From NCBI RefSeq assembly GCF_004010195.1, contig NC_057757.1, forward strand, positions 8,877,014-8,930,470: a stretch of 53,457 bases of DNA. Direction: 5' to 3'. Shown one piece after another: positions 1 to 12,164 of the stretch (positions within the stretch are counted from its first letter, which is position 1; each line of letters begins with the position of its first letter). The stretch is from Chiloscyllium plagiosum (taxonomy: Eukaryota). A program made the position numbers and the translations under genes. The notes below the pieces were generated by a model that worked only from the letters and a program-made list of their open reading frames with translations, was not told the DNA's origin and searched no databases.

Positions 1-400
1 TCATTGGGTAACTTAAAGGAGATGTGCGAAACATGTTTAGTTGCAGAATGTTGTGGAAGTCTGGAACATGCTGCCAGGGAAAGTGGTAGAAACTGCTACT
101 ATCGCAACAATTCAATGGCGTTTAGGCAGACACATGAAGAAATAGAGAGACATGGGCCATGTACAAGCAAATGGGACTAATTTAGAATGGCATCAGAGTT
201 GGCACAGATATGGCGGGCCGTAGGGCCTGTTCCTGTGCTGTGATGTTCTTTATTCTAACTGAGGCCTATTTTCTCTGGAATTTAAAAGGTTAAGGGAGGA
301 TCTGATTGAAAAAGTCAAGGTGGGTAAAGATAAATTATTTTCACTGGTAGGGGGCTCTACGACTTAGGGGCATCACCTGAGATTTAGAAGTTATAGTTTC
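1..400 (+). mobile_element. CR1 LINE 3'-end fragments
   Basis: Resembles the CR1 3' ends at 32700-33090 and 37560-37976 (gggcctgttcctgtgctgt tail). Confidence 0.7.
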
Positions 401-409
401 CGGTGGATT

Positions 410-1110
410 TCAGTTCTGCTGCAGCTGCACATGTCCCAAGCCCCTCATGGATGTCTAGTCATGAATTCCTGAATTCTGTTCGAAGTTTGTCCTAGCTGTC
501 ATCGTGGGAGTGTCACAACCCCTTCCAGAGTGGATGGAAAATGTGAAGACTTGCTGTGATCACCTCAAGGACTGTACATGCTCCACACCTACCAATACTG
601 TTCTGGAGGTAATCATGACAGGGACATTTGTGAGGGCTGGGTCAAGTCGATTTCATCCTCTTGTATTTTCCACGCAACAAGTTTCACTGGCAGCCTGTGT
701 GGCCTGAAAACGGGACAACCCATCCAATCGTGGTATCACCCTAACTACGTTTGCTGATGGACACTTAAGTTGCTTCCTCCAGCGGGCGTGCAAGATAGAA
801 AGGTACAGGGTCAAGTTGGGATGGACTGTCGAAGGTGATGGTTGGGTCATTAGCAGAAGGCTTCTTTGCCCATTAAATTTCTCGGGACTCAGAGTCAACA
901 AAGAGGAATCGCTGGCCAGTTCAATCCGATTCCACAGTGAGGTTGCATCACCTCTGGAGGGTCAGTCCTGGCACTAGGCAGAAACGTAACCAGGAATGGT
1001 GGCATCTGCTAACACACGTGTCAGATAGGAATTAGTGTTAATGAATGTGCCAGGCCATTCTGTGCTGAGTGTGTGGGACAGATTTCCCAACATTGGCAAA
1101 GGCCCCCAAT
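410..1110 (-). mobile_element. Decayed LINE endonuclease region (CR1/L2 group, like 40980-41900)
   Basis: The reverse complement resembles the endonuclease region of the LINE at 39853-43765; no intact ORF. Confidence 0.55.
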
Positions 1111-1509
1111 GAGGGATTTCGAGAGTAGCTCTATTGAGTTTAAATATCTTCATTAATCATTGTAGAGGGTTGACACCACAATTTTGTTCACATTGTTTTG
1201 TTTCTGGTGATGTATGAAGGCCAGATCGTATAAGGTTGGCAGATACCCTTCCGTAAGGGAAACTATTGGGACCGCTTTACAAAATTCAACAGTGCTCACT
1301 ATTATTCTCAAAATATAATGAAGATTTATTGAATTTATTTTTTTCTCATCAAGGAGTGTGGAACATTATTGCCAGAAAATTAGGCTAGAGATCTGGAATG
1401 TTATTTCCCTCACACAATCCTGTCAGACTGACTGAATGTACATGGTACACAGTCTGTCTGTCATTCTGCGGTAACCTTGTTTCAGAGAACTTGGGTATAA
1501 CATGACTCT

Positions 1510-1655
1510 GGTAAAAACAATGACTGCAGATGCTGGAAACCAGATTCTGGATCAGTGGTGCTGGAAGAGCACAGCAATTCAGGCAGCATCCGAGGACAGG
1601 CAAAATCAGATGCTGCCTGAATTGCTGTGCTCTTCCAGCACCACTGATCCAGAAT
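1510..1655. mobile_element. Penelope-like terminal fragment forming a perfect 47-bp inverted repeat
   Basis: Arms 1544-1590 and 1609-1655, 18-nt loop; flanked by direct repeat (t)ataacatgactct at 1496-1509 and 1655-1668. Confidence 0.85.
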
Positions 1656-2006
1656 ATAACATGACTCTCTCTAACTTATACTCTCCAGTTAATATGTAAC
1701 AAATGTGATCCGTGATTAGGATTTCTGTATTCATGACCATCAGTAACCAACTTTTGTTACTGGAAACCGAAGGCTACCTCCACTCTCAGAAATGGAATTG
1801 GACAGAACTGTTTGCACAGTATTCACGTGAAAGTATTTGTTTTCCCCCATTTCCTGTCACAGTATCACTGCTTGGCTATTTGAGACTTACAATTTTCTTG
1901 TAAATTTAATCCCTTTTTCCTAATTTACCAGTTCAGAAATGTTATTACGCACCACAGGAGCAGGTGAAACTTGAACCCAGAACCCCTGGCTTTGGGGTAG
2001 GAACAC

Positions 2007-2325
2007 TTAGCTGAAAATGTGTTGCTGGAAAAGCGCAGCAGGTCAGGCAGCATCCAGGGAACAGGAGAATCGACGTTTCGGGCATAAGCCCTTCTTCAGC
2101 GGATTTGACTGAGACAAGGTGGGGGAGGGGAAATGAGGAAACTGGTGAAATCCGAGTTCATCCCTTGTGGTTGGAGGGTTCCTAGGTGGAAGATGAGGTG
2201 CTCTTCCTCGAACCGTTGTGTTGTTGTGGTCTGGCAATGGAGGAGTCCAAAGACCTGCATATCCTTGGTGGAGTGGGAGGGGGAGTTGAAGTGTTGAGCC
2301 ACAGGGTGGTTGGGTTGGTTGGTCC
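2007..2325 (-). mobile_element. 5'-truncated Penelope-like element (GIY-YIG C-terminus plus terminal repeat)
   Basis: HPVAQHFNSPSHS...EEEHLIFHLGTLQPQGMN; 11-bp TSD ggtaggaacac at 1996-2006 and 2326-2336. Confidence 0.88.
2071..2099 (-). ncRNA. Minimal hammerhead ribozyme motif in a Penelope terminal repeat
   Basis: Minus strand reads CUGAAGA-A-GGGC-UUAU-GCCC-GAAA-C-GUC-G: CUGANGA box, 4-bp stem II, GAAA box, palindromic ACGU and a GUC triplet. Confidence 0.65.
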
Positions 2326-3684
2326 GGTAGGAACACCTACCACTCTGTAACAAAAGGGTCATTTTTGCTTATACGTTACAAGCTCCAATTAATAATTACT
2401 TGCAGCCACTGCAGCAGAATGTGTTCATTGGACAGCACCAGGTTTGTTCCATTGAATGAAATTTCAGTTTGTCGCTAAACACAAAACGTGCGATATTTAA
2501 CGAATTCCTCTCAAACCCTGGTGCAAATATTTCATTACAACCCCGTCTCTGCATTTGGATTCTTGTTTTGTCTGATAAATGTTAGTACTGCAATGTGATT
2601 CCTGTTTCATCTATTCCAATCTTTTCCATGATTCCTATCTCACATTATCTGGAACAATGAGGTTCAGCTTATTGCAGCACACACCCTGACTAAGGATATG
2701 TCATTATCTTGAAAGATAAGTCTGATCTTTGAAAGAAAGAAATGTCATTAATGTGATCATAAAGACTATCTTTAGCCAGATTAGCCCAAGTGCTCCCGCT
2801 GTATGAGCTCGACTTTAACATGCTCACTTTCTAAATCAACATCTTTGATGTTGGTCTCTTACCCGAAACACCAGCCAAAATGCCCAGGTGCCACTTTCCA
2901 TTTGCCAATGAGCTGAAAGCAAGTTGTTATGTGTCTGGAGGAAGCATTAATCCTGAATCCTTATTTTAAGGTATTGATCAGTGTATGTGCATTTATTAAC
3001 AGACTATCAAAGGTTAAAGATGACAAGAGCCAAAGACCACTTTGTAGTGTAACTGAAGCAATGTGCAAGAGAAAAATATGCATGAGATTACTGAAGCTAT
3101 TACGTTAGTTAGTGAGAGTGAGTTTCATTTCAGAAAATTCTATCTTTTTTTATTAGCTTTTAACAGTTTGCAAATGTTACACATTGTAACATGACCAAAG
3201 AAGCACGTCAGTGTGTGTGAGACCCACATTCCCTAATCAAACATATTATGACCAATCTGTAATATTATTCTCCTTCTGGCTTTTCTGTACATACATGATT
3301 CTTGTGTTAAAGCAATCTTTTTTTGAGAGGCAGGATGACAATTTCTGCTGGTTTATATTCTCCCCTACCATATGCTTCTGTTTGATAAACAAGTGAAATT
3401 CGTCACAGCTATATGGTATTCACGATCACTGTTTCAAATATCACGAGGTTGTTGGTCTAATTTTCAGAAGCAAGTAAACATTACGTAGTTCAGCCTTTCT
3501 GGAAGAACGACTTGTGAGCTCGTGTCCATCAGAGAATACGTGACTACCAGGGCCATCAAAAATATGTTCAAACACTGGGAACTTGCCACGGGGAGAAAGA
3601 TAAATGCCATTAGATTGGACAGGATCCAGGATGATGCCCACAAAGTCACACAAATTCCTGACATGGAGAGCAGCTTGTGTGAGG

Positions 3685-3850
3685 ATGCGGGTACAATTAC
3701 AACGTTTAAAGGACATTTGGATAAGTACATGAATAAGACATGTTGGGAGGGGTATGCGCCATGCGCGGGCAATTGGGATGAGTTTAATTTGGGAAAATGG
3801 CCGGCATGGACTGGAGTATCTGTTTCTGTTCTGTATGACTCTATGAACAG
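3685..3850 (+). mobile_element. CR1 3' tail fragment
   Basis: gcgggtacaattacaacgtttaaaggacatttggat...ctgtatgactctatga tail. Confidence 0.75.
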
Positions 3851-4394
3851 TTGTAGAAAGATTTAGTTTAAAACTTTTCAGGTTCAATTTGAAAGAAACC
3901 TATTTGAAATCAGAAGCAAATATAGTCTCTGTGAGATCACAGCGGTTGTTCAAAGCAGTCAATATAATAAATACACAGGTAAAAGAGTGCTCTTTGTGAA
4001 AATTGCAGATCCGAAGTGTTTGGTCAGTATTATTAAAGACTGAGTCAGAAAATCACGGAGTCCAACACTGAGGCAATTTAAGTTTGCAACTTTGCAGGTA
4101 CTCAAGGGAAAAGAATTCGCAGCTCACAGGACAGGAAATGAGAAGGACGTGTTAAGTCAAACTTGCCATGTGGGCAGGGAAAGGAATGTATCTCAATTTG
4201 TCCGATCGTATAATTATGGTATTAGGGAATAGATTGGACTTTATTGAGGCATGGATTTTGAACTTTATAAACTGTGCTATTTGCAGTGTTTTTTTTAAAA
4301 TTCCCTTATTGTGCGCAATGAATTTTAACTTTATTGTTTAAACCAAACTAGCAGCCTCCTGTGTTCACATTTCAGTAAAACTCCGTCACTTTGT

Positions 4395-4710
4395 TTTCTC
4401 ACTTGGACGTCAAAGGATAATGGGATAACTTGATAAAAGTTTTCAACATTGTAGAGGCATGGACTGAATGGAAAGTCGGAGTCTTTTTCCCTAGGTTAGG
4501 GACACAGGTTTAAGGTCAAAGGGGGTAAGTTGACAGGAGATTTGAGAGGCACGTGTTTTACACAGAGGCTGGTAAGTGCCTGGAATTCGCTGCCAAATGA
4601 GATGATAGGGGCAGATGCAATAGCAACGTTTAAGAGGCATGAATACATGAATAGAGCAAGATTAGACAGATATGGATAGCTTGGAGGCAAAAGACTTTTA
4701 CCTTTTTTAA
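4395..4710 (+). mobile_element. Old CR1 3' fragment
   Basis: Degenerate ORF2 C-terminal coding sequence like the other CR1 copies. Confidence 0.65.
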
Positions 4711-5510
4711 TGCATGCAACGTATAAAACCTGTCTGGCAGGGGGAAGGACAGAAAATATTGATGAAATACAGGCACATTATGCGACAGCAACAGAAGCAA
4801 GTCAGAGTGAGTTCAGCTATGTTGGGAGTCAAGAGAGTCAGACAATACTGGATGATCTTTTATGCTAAGATTGTAATAGGTAAGAATGATGAATTAAAGG
4901 CATGCATTGACGCATGACAGTGTCATGTTGTTGCTATCACAGAAACATAGGTGAGGGAAGGGCAAGACTGGTAGCTCAATATCCCACGATCTTTAGGTGA
5001 GCTAGAGGAGAGTGTATAAAGGGTTGTATGTAGTACTGTTAATTAAGGAGTCAATTACTGCAGTAAGGAAAGGTGATAGCTTCGAACAATGGAATAATGG
5101 CCTCCTTCTGTCCTGTAAAATCCAATGATTCTATCAGTTAATAGTGCAAACTAATTTAAACATAATTTTTATGAATAGCCATCAGTCCCTGTGTACTAAC
5201 AGTCAAATGACCCAATGCAAAGACTCATTTCAGAATAATACATTCCAATGCAGATATATCATTGTCTAGCAATCTGAAAGACATGCAAAATAATGCAAAT
5301 ACTTTGCTGTCCATTTGCCAAATGTTTTTAACTGATTGTATTGTTACATGCACTCAAATTTGCTTCAAGAATGTTAGAAATCAGCAATATTTCTATGGCA
5401 TGATGTGTTGTTCCAGAAACCTGCCTATTTCAAATAACACAGAAGAATTTGATTCCTTTTACACATTTCAAATGATACTTAAATATTAAATATCGGAGCT
5501 GATAAGTCAC

Positions 5511-5705
5511 TGGATTTCCATCAGCCAGGCCTTGCTCTGGATGAGAAAATGCAGTGAGCGATGATGTTTCTGAGTCAGTCAGTTCGAGTAATTAGCATTG
5601 CACTGAATTTCATTCGTCTGGTCCAGCTCAGTCAGTGAACTGTTTGACTGGAGAGTTGAAACCAACATTCTCAAACAATCATCTGTGAGACTGTTAGACT
5701 TTAAC
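5511..5705 (-). pseudogene. Decayed leucine-rich-repeat exon, NLRC3/NLR-like (RI-type LRR)
   Basis: LKSNSLTDDCLRMLVSTLQSNSSLTELD matches the RI-like LRR pattern. 195 nt with symmetric phase-2 ends, a (CT)n pyrimidine tract upstream, acceptor reading CG instead of AG, an internal TGA at 5579 and a GT donor at 5510. Confidence 0.6.
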
Positions 5706-5797
5706 CGGCAGTGATCGAACATCACAAAGAGAGAGAGAGAGAAAAGAGACATCAACACAGACTTATTGTCAAATATGCAAGACTCACTCACTCACTT

Positions 5798-6112
5798 AGG
5801 GGCAGCATGGTGGCTCAGTAATTAGCACTGCTACCTCTCAACACCAAGGTCCCAGTTTTGATTCCAGCCTTGGGTCACTGTCTGTGTGAGTTTGCACATC
5901 CTCCCTGTGTCTGCATGGGTTTCTTCCAGGTGCTCTGGTTTCCTCCCACAGTCCAAAAATGTGCCGGTCAGGTGAATTGGCCATGCTAAATTGCCCATTG
6001 TGTTAGGTGCATTAGTCAGAGGGAAATGGGTCTGGGTGGGTTACTCGTCACAGGGTTTTGTGGACTGGTTGGGCAAAAGGGCCTGTTACCACACTGTAGG
6101 GAATCTAATCAT
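5798..6112 (+). mobile_element. HE1-type tRNA-derived SINE
   Basis: A-box TGGCTCAGTAA, degenerate B-box, V-domain-like core gagtttgcacatcctccc, CR1-like tail ggaatctaatc. Confidence 0.88.
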
Positions 6113-6524
6113 AATTATTGAATTTAAACTGTCAGTGGAAAATTGGTTCCATTCAGTTGACATTTCCAAATTTCTATACAACATGCATTTAAAATGAATT
6201 GGAACCTGAGATTGGCTGGGCATCGTTAATTGAGCAATAACACCAGTTATGTATAAGGAAAACCATATGTGCGAAGCTATTTATTTGAAGCAATGTTGTT
6301 CTCTTTAATCTTGCTATTGAACAATCACTTCTCTTCAGAACTTTGGATAGCTGTTTCACTGTTAGCTTCCCGAGTTGATTTTCATTATATCTAAATGCAG
6401 ATCAGAAATTCCATAATTAATAAAGTGCAATTAATTGCTTAATAAATATTTCTGAGTGAGTGCATCCATAATTAATACAGTGCAATTAATCGTTTAATAG
6501 ATATTTCTGAGTGAGTGTTCAAAA

Positions 6525-7452
6525 ATCCATAGAATCTGGGGGTGTTGTTGCTTTCAGGTTTCATTTTTTGTAGGTCAAACCTGGTTATCTGTCCTTTTTT
6601 TGTAGGTTCCTCAGTGTGTTGTTTATCCTATTGTAGTCTGCTTTGTCCAGGATGACCGTCATTCTGCCTTTGTCTGCTGGTAGTATGATTATGTTCTTAT
6701 CGTTTCTTAGTGATTTTAGTGCTTCCCTCTCCTTGGTGTTGAGGTTATGTGTTTGTCTTTTCCTTGTTATCAGAGGTACGATACTTTGTCTCACTGTTTG
6801 TTGTGTCTCTTCTGTCAGTCCATTGTTCCTGAGTATGCATTCTAGTGCTGCTAGGAAGTCTGCTGTCTTGGCGTCACTGTGATTGTAGTTGAGTCCCTTG
6901 GCCAGTATTGTTCTTTGCGTGTCTGTGAGCTGTCTGTGGGAGAGGTTTCTAACCCAGGTGTGTGTTGTGGTGTCCTCTCTGTCGTGTGTTAGTTTGGCCA
7001 TTTTTTTCTTTGCGTGCCGTTTTTTTGCGGTGTGTGGTCCTGTTCTGTCCTATGGTGACGGCCTGTTCTATGGTTCGGGTCCATTCCTGATTGGTGGTTT
7101 TTGAAATTAACGATTTTTGGCGCGCAATTTCTTGTCTGTATCTGTGAAGTATGTTGTGAGCGTCTGTAATCATTACCTGGATCATCCTGAGTCCGTTCTG
7201 TCTGGCTGTGTCCCTGGCTTGTGGGTTGTTGACTGGTGGTCTGTATCTGACACTTGGTGGAAGGATTCGATTCTTTCGGCATTCATGCAGGAACCGGAGT
7301 TGTTCGTATGTGGCGCTTTGGCGGTGGGCACAGAATTTCCATTTCCTGGCTTGTCTTAGCGTCTCTCGCCTGTAGGTGTTCTTTGAACACCTATGGGCGA
7401 GAGACGCTATTTCTGGGTGAGTGCATTTTCTTTCGCATGCATTCTGCATCAC
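6525..7452 (-). mobile_element. Penelope-like element, N-terminal part of the RT ORF (frameshifted)
   Basis: ORFs 6949-7452 and 6585-7001: FLHECRKNRILP, WVRNLSHRQLT..ILAKGLNY, LRNDKNIIILPADKGRMTVILDKADY, typical of PLE RT N-termini. Confidence 0.88.
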
Positions 7453-9189
7453 AAAGCTGAAGTGTTATCCTTTAAATATCTTTTAAGTATTTGGTGTCCA
7501 ATAAGTTGCAAATATATTGTGTCTGAGTTACACTGAGTACATATCACCTCCCGTGGGTGCAATACATTCTCTTCAGCAGAATGTCATTCAAGTTGCAGTC
7601 CATCAGAGGATGCAGAGGAGCTGACAGTGCAAACTGACTCAAACAAAGCTGCGTCCTAATAGCCATTACAAAGACATGATTATAACTGGACTGAAATCTG
7701 AATATTCAAGGATCCATGAAATTTTAGAAATACAGGTTGTTCTGTTATAATGGGTGTTTTGTCAGTGTGAATTCACTGTCATGCTATTAATGAATTGGGG
7801 ACACTGTTTCTAAAGTGCAAACTTTTAAAACGAGTATTGACTGTAACACAATTACATCACCAACACTTTAAGCACTGTTCTGAACGTGTGATTCTTGTAT
7901 AGTATAGGGTTGTACAAGAACAAAACCATCATGGTGTAGGAGAACTACCTGTAAAGGAAAGTTGGTGAGGCTAGTGGATTGCTCCAAATGGCACTGACAG
8001 AATAAGGATATGTCTTTAGTTGTGAATATCCAAATGTACAAGCAATTTTGTGTACAGTCATGGCCTTGAGAGGTTTGTGTCCAGTTCTATCTGTGAACAG
8101 AATGCCCAGATACTCCGATGGAAGAAACAATTGTTACCACAAGACAGTCTGGAGGTTCAAACCTGGATCATGTGGACTTTCTAATGAAGTTGACGCTGAG
8201 GGAATTGGAAGTTGAAATTGCTGATGGAGGGTGATAACTAGTGGCAAGAAGACCCTGAGAGATAGATGCATTTTCTATGGCAACGATTCTTCTTATAAAC
8301 GATTCTTCTTATAAGCAAACCTAGCAGCAATCTTCCCTTGTCTAAAGGAATAACTTATTTTATTGCACATTGGTATTTCTTGCCAATTGTCCTGGCATGC
8401 ACAAAGTGAAAATCTAAGACAAAATATTTCTTTATTCAGCAATGCACAATTATAGATAGTAATTATATGGAAATAAATATTTAAAAATTGAATACAATGA
8501 AGGAATTTGACTATTTAATAGACAGACTATAATTATATTACAATAAAAAACAGAATAAATAATTTGATTTTAAGGAATAGCCAAACTCCCTGCTGGTAAT
8601 CAATGGCCTGTTACCTGTGACCATCACTTCGGGGATTCTGTGTGTTGCAAAAAAAGCATGCAGATTTTCTGTTTTCATCTCAGTGTTTGACGAATGGACC
8701 TTATGCACTTTCAGCCACTTTGGGTGGGGATTTACAATGACTAAGAAGATTGAATCTATTTAAGGAGCTGAACAGACGACATGCAACCGAAGGCAAGGTT
8801 TACCCAATCGTTACCACAGATGTAGTGGAGCTGCTGGTGGTAATTTGTGCCCGTGTCAGCACTCGGAGCAGTGCTGCACGAACATGGCTATGTCTGCATT
8901 CATCCTGGCCACTGGAAATAACTCCTCACCACCTTTTGTATTTTTCAGCCTTCTGATGGTCAAGGTGGATTTCAGCCAGTATTTTATGGCGGCCTTTGGT
9001 CGGAGAGTCGCTCACGCTCCCCCTAACAATATTCCATCCCCTACCATGAGCTGGTCTCTCCCTGTCACGGGCAGTCCTAATGAAGTTATAGAGACTATAG
9101 GCAGGGCCATGGACTGAGCCAACTAATCAGCCACGATCTCACTGAATGCAGTAACAGCCTCAATGGCCTCGTCCTATAACAAAATCGAA

Positions 9190-10490
9190 GAGTCATATAG
9201 CTGAAATGCATGGAAGCAGACCCTTCTGTCCAACACGTCCATTTCGATCAGATATTCGAAATTAATCTCGTCCGATTTATCAGCACTTGGCCCATATCCC
9301 TCTAAACCCTTCCTATTCATATACCCATCCAGATGCCTGTTAAATGTTGTACTGTACCAACCTCCACCACTTTCTCTGGAAGCTCATTCCATTCACGCAC
9401 CACCCTCTGCATGAAAGCGTTGCCCCTTATGTCCATTTTGAATGTTTCCCCCTCACACTAAACCTATGCCCTCTAGTTCTGGACTCCCCACCCCAGGGAA
9501 AAGACATTGTCTGTCCAGATGCCTGTTAAATGTTGTACTGTACCAACCTCCACCACTTTCTCTGGAAGCTCATTCCATTCACGCACCACCCTCTGCATGA
9601 AAGCGTTGCCCCTTAGGTCCATTTTGAATGTTTCCCCCTCACACTAAACCTATGCCCTCTAGTTCTGGACTCCCCCACCCCAGGGAAAAGACATTGTCTG
9701 TTTACCCTATCGATAACTCTCATGATTTTATAAAGCTCTATAAGGTCACCCCTCTGCTTCCATCAGTGCAGGGAAAACAGTTCAAGCCTATTCAACCTTT
9801 CCTTATGTCTCAAAGCTTCCAACACTGGCAACATCCTTGTAAACCTTTTCTAAACCCTTTATAAGTTTCACAGCATCCTTCCTTTAGAATTGCACACAGT
9901 ATCCCAAAATTAACCTAATCAATGTCCTATACAACCACAACAAGACCTCGCAACTCCTACATTCAATGCATTGACCAATAAAGGAAAGCATGCCAAACGC
10001 CTTCTTCACTATCCTATCTACCTGTGACTCCACTTTCAAGGAATTGTGAACCGCACCCAAGGTCTCTGTTCAGCAACGCTCCCCAGGAACTTATCAGAAA
10101 GTGCATAAGTCCTGCCCTGATTTGACTTTCCAAAATGCAGCACCTCACAATTATCTAAATTAAACTCCACCTGCACTCCTCAGCCCATTGGTCCATCTGA
10201 TCAAGATCCGGTTGTACTCTGAGGTAACTTTCTTCGCTGTCCACTACACCTCCATCTGCAAACTTAATAACTATACTTCTTATGTTCACATCCAACTTAT
10301 GTATATAAACTATGAAAAGCAATGGACCCAGCACTAATCCTTGTGGCACACCACTGGTCAGTCTTCCAGATTAAAAACAGTCATCCCCCACACCCAAATG
10401 GATCGTTCTCCCTGTATTCCATGTGATCTGACCTTGATAACCTGTCTACCACGAATAGCCTTGTCGAACAACTTACTTAAGTCCATAAAG
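9190..10490 (-). mobile_element. 5'-truncated CR1 LINE (RT plus 3' end)
   Basis: PQGLVLGPLLFIVYI...KFAD; 3' end toward 9190; contains an internal ~186-bp tandem duplication. Confidence 0.88.
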
Positions 10491-10519
10491 ACGCATTTTC
10501 TCAGCCCTTATCCTCTGAA

Positions 10520-12125
10520 AATAGACTGTCTGGTGTCAGCACCGAGGGGACGCTGCATTTTCAGAAATTCAGTACTGAGGAAATGCTGCTCTGTCAGAGA
10601 GTTAGAACTGAGGGAGAGTTGCACTGCTTGAAAGTCAGTACTTGGGGAGTGCTGCACTGTCAGAGAGTTAGTACTGAGGGAGTGCTGCAATGTCAGAGGA
10701 TCAATGATGATAGGGTGCTGAAGTGTCACAGAATCAGTACTGATGGAGAGCTGCATTTTCACAGTGTCATCACTGGCGGAGCTCTGTACTGTTGAAAGGC
10801 CAGTATTAAGGGAATACTGCACTGTCAGTGGGTCAACACAAGGGTGCTCACCCTCTGCCAAAGAAGCACTACCTCAAACTGTCCTTCTGACAATGATGCT
10901 TTATCTCAATACTGACTGTCAGAAAGTAACGCAGCACCTCAGGACTGATCCTAGAAACCTGTGGCACTCCCTCAATTCTGACCCAAGTCAAGTGAGGCAC
11001 TGGCTCAAATTGATACTTTGCCAATGAAGCCCTCGATCAGTACTGACTCTCTTACAGAGCTGCAGTACCTCAGTACTAACCTCTGATCATGAGCCACACT
11101 CTCAGTTCTGACTCTTTTACATTGAGATACTGCCTTATTATTGACCATCAGACAAGGAGGCACTTATTCACAACTCCGACAATAAGGAATTCCCTCCGGA
11201 CCAAACCTCTGATGGAGCTGAGAAAATCCTTTAGTACTGATACACTTCTTCAGGACTGACCCTCTAAAGATGAGTCACTCCATCAATACTGACAAACTAA
11301 GAGCCTCATTTTAAAGGGGTTCGAATTGAGGGAATGACACATGATTGCAATGTCAGCAATCAGGTATGGCAGCAGTGTGAGAGAGTCAGAGTGAGGGAGT
11401 GCCTCTTAGTCAATGCTGAGCCAGTGCCTCATTGTCCTGATGGAGTGCAGCTCTACGAGGGGGGCAATACTGAGCAAGTGCTGTACTTTCAGAGGTTAAC
11501 TCCTGAGGGAGAGTAGTTCAGTCCTGAGGCAGTGTTCATTTGCTAGAGGGACAATATTGAGACAGTGCATCATTGCAAAGAGTCAAAATCAAAGGTGTGC
11601 CACATATTCAGGGTCAGTTCTGAATAAGTGCCCCTATTTGAGAGGGTCAGCACTGAGGGAGTATATTATTGTCAGAGGGTCAGTACTATAGGAGAGCCTC
11701 ATGATCAGAGAGTCAATACTGAGTGAGTGCCTGTTGTCGGCAGCTCAGTTCTGAGGCAGTACCTCATTGCTGGGCGGTCAGTCCGGAGGAAGCCCCTATT
11801 TGTCAGGGACTCAGTACTGAGGGAGAGCCTCAGTAACACAGGGTCAGTACTGAGGTAGTGCCATACATTTCAGCAATCAATTCTGAGAATTTGCATCACA
11901 GTCAATAAGTCATTTGAGAGGCAATACTTCATTGTCAGAGTTTGCTCAATCAGGCTGAAACTATGACAGTGATGCACTACCACAGTACTGACCCTTCCAT
12001 CATGTGGCAGTCCCTCACTTCAGACCCATCTCACAATGAAGCACCGTTTCAGTATTGGTCAACTGACAATGATGCATTCTCTCAGAAATGACCGTCTAAC
12101 AATAATGCCCTCCCACAGTTCTATA
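10520..12125. repeat. Degenerate 33-bp satellite (cagtactgagggagtgctgcactgtcagagggt), alternating orientation
   Basis: AGTACT-like registers at 10571, 10604, 10637, 10670, 10703, 10736, 10769 and 10802. Orientation is + about 10520-10840, - about 10850-11300, + about 11320-11940, - about 11960-12125. Confidence 0.9.
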
Positions 12126-12164
12126 TTCTTGGCCCTCTAATCATATAGCCCTCCTTCAATTGGT

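Noticed and set aside
3441..3887. Overlapping 100-150 aa ORFs as a gene
   Set aside because: About half of the span is a CR1 3' tail and the rest has no recognisable domain.
5798..5880. tRNA genes at the SINE heads (also 14108, 22467, 40594)
   Set aside because: The A/B boxes run into a SINE body and LINE-derived tail, and no complete cloverleaf is evident.
7945..9120. Possible exons in non-repetitive-looking sequence
   Set aside because: Short ORFs with no motif I recognise and no consistent splice frame; BLASTx or RNA-seq would be needed.
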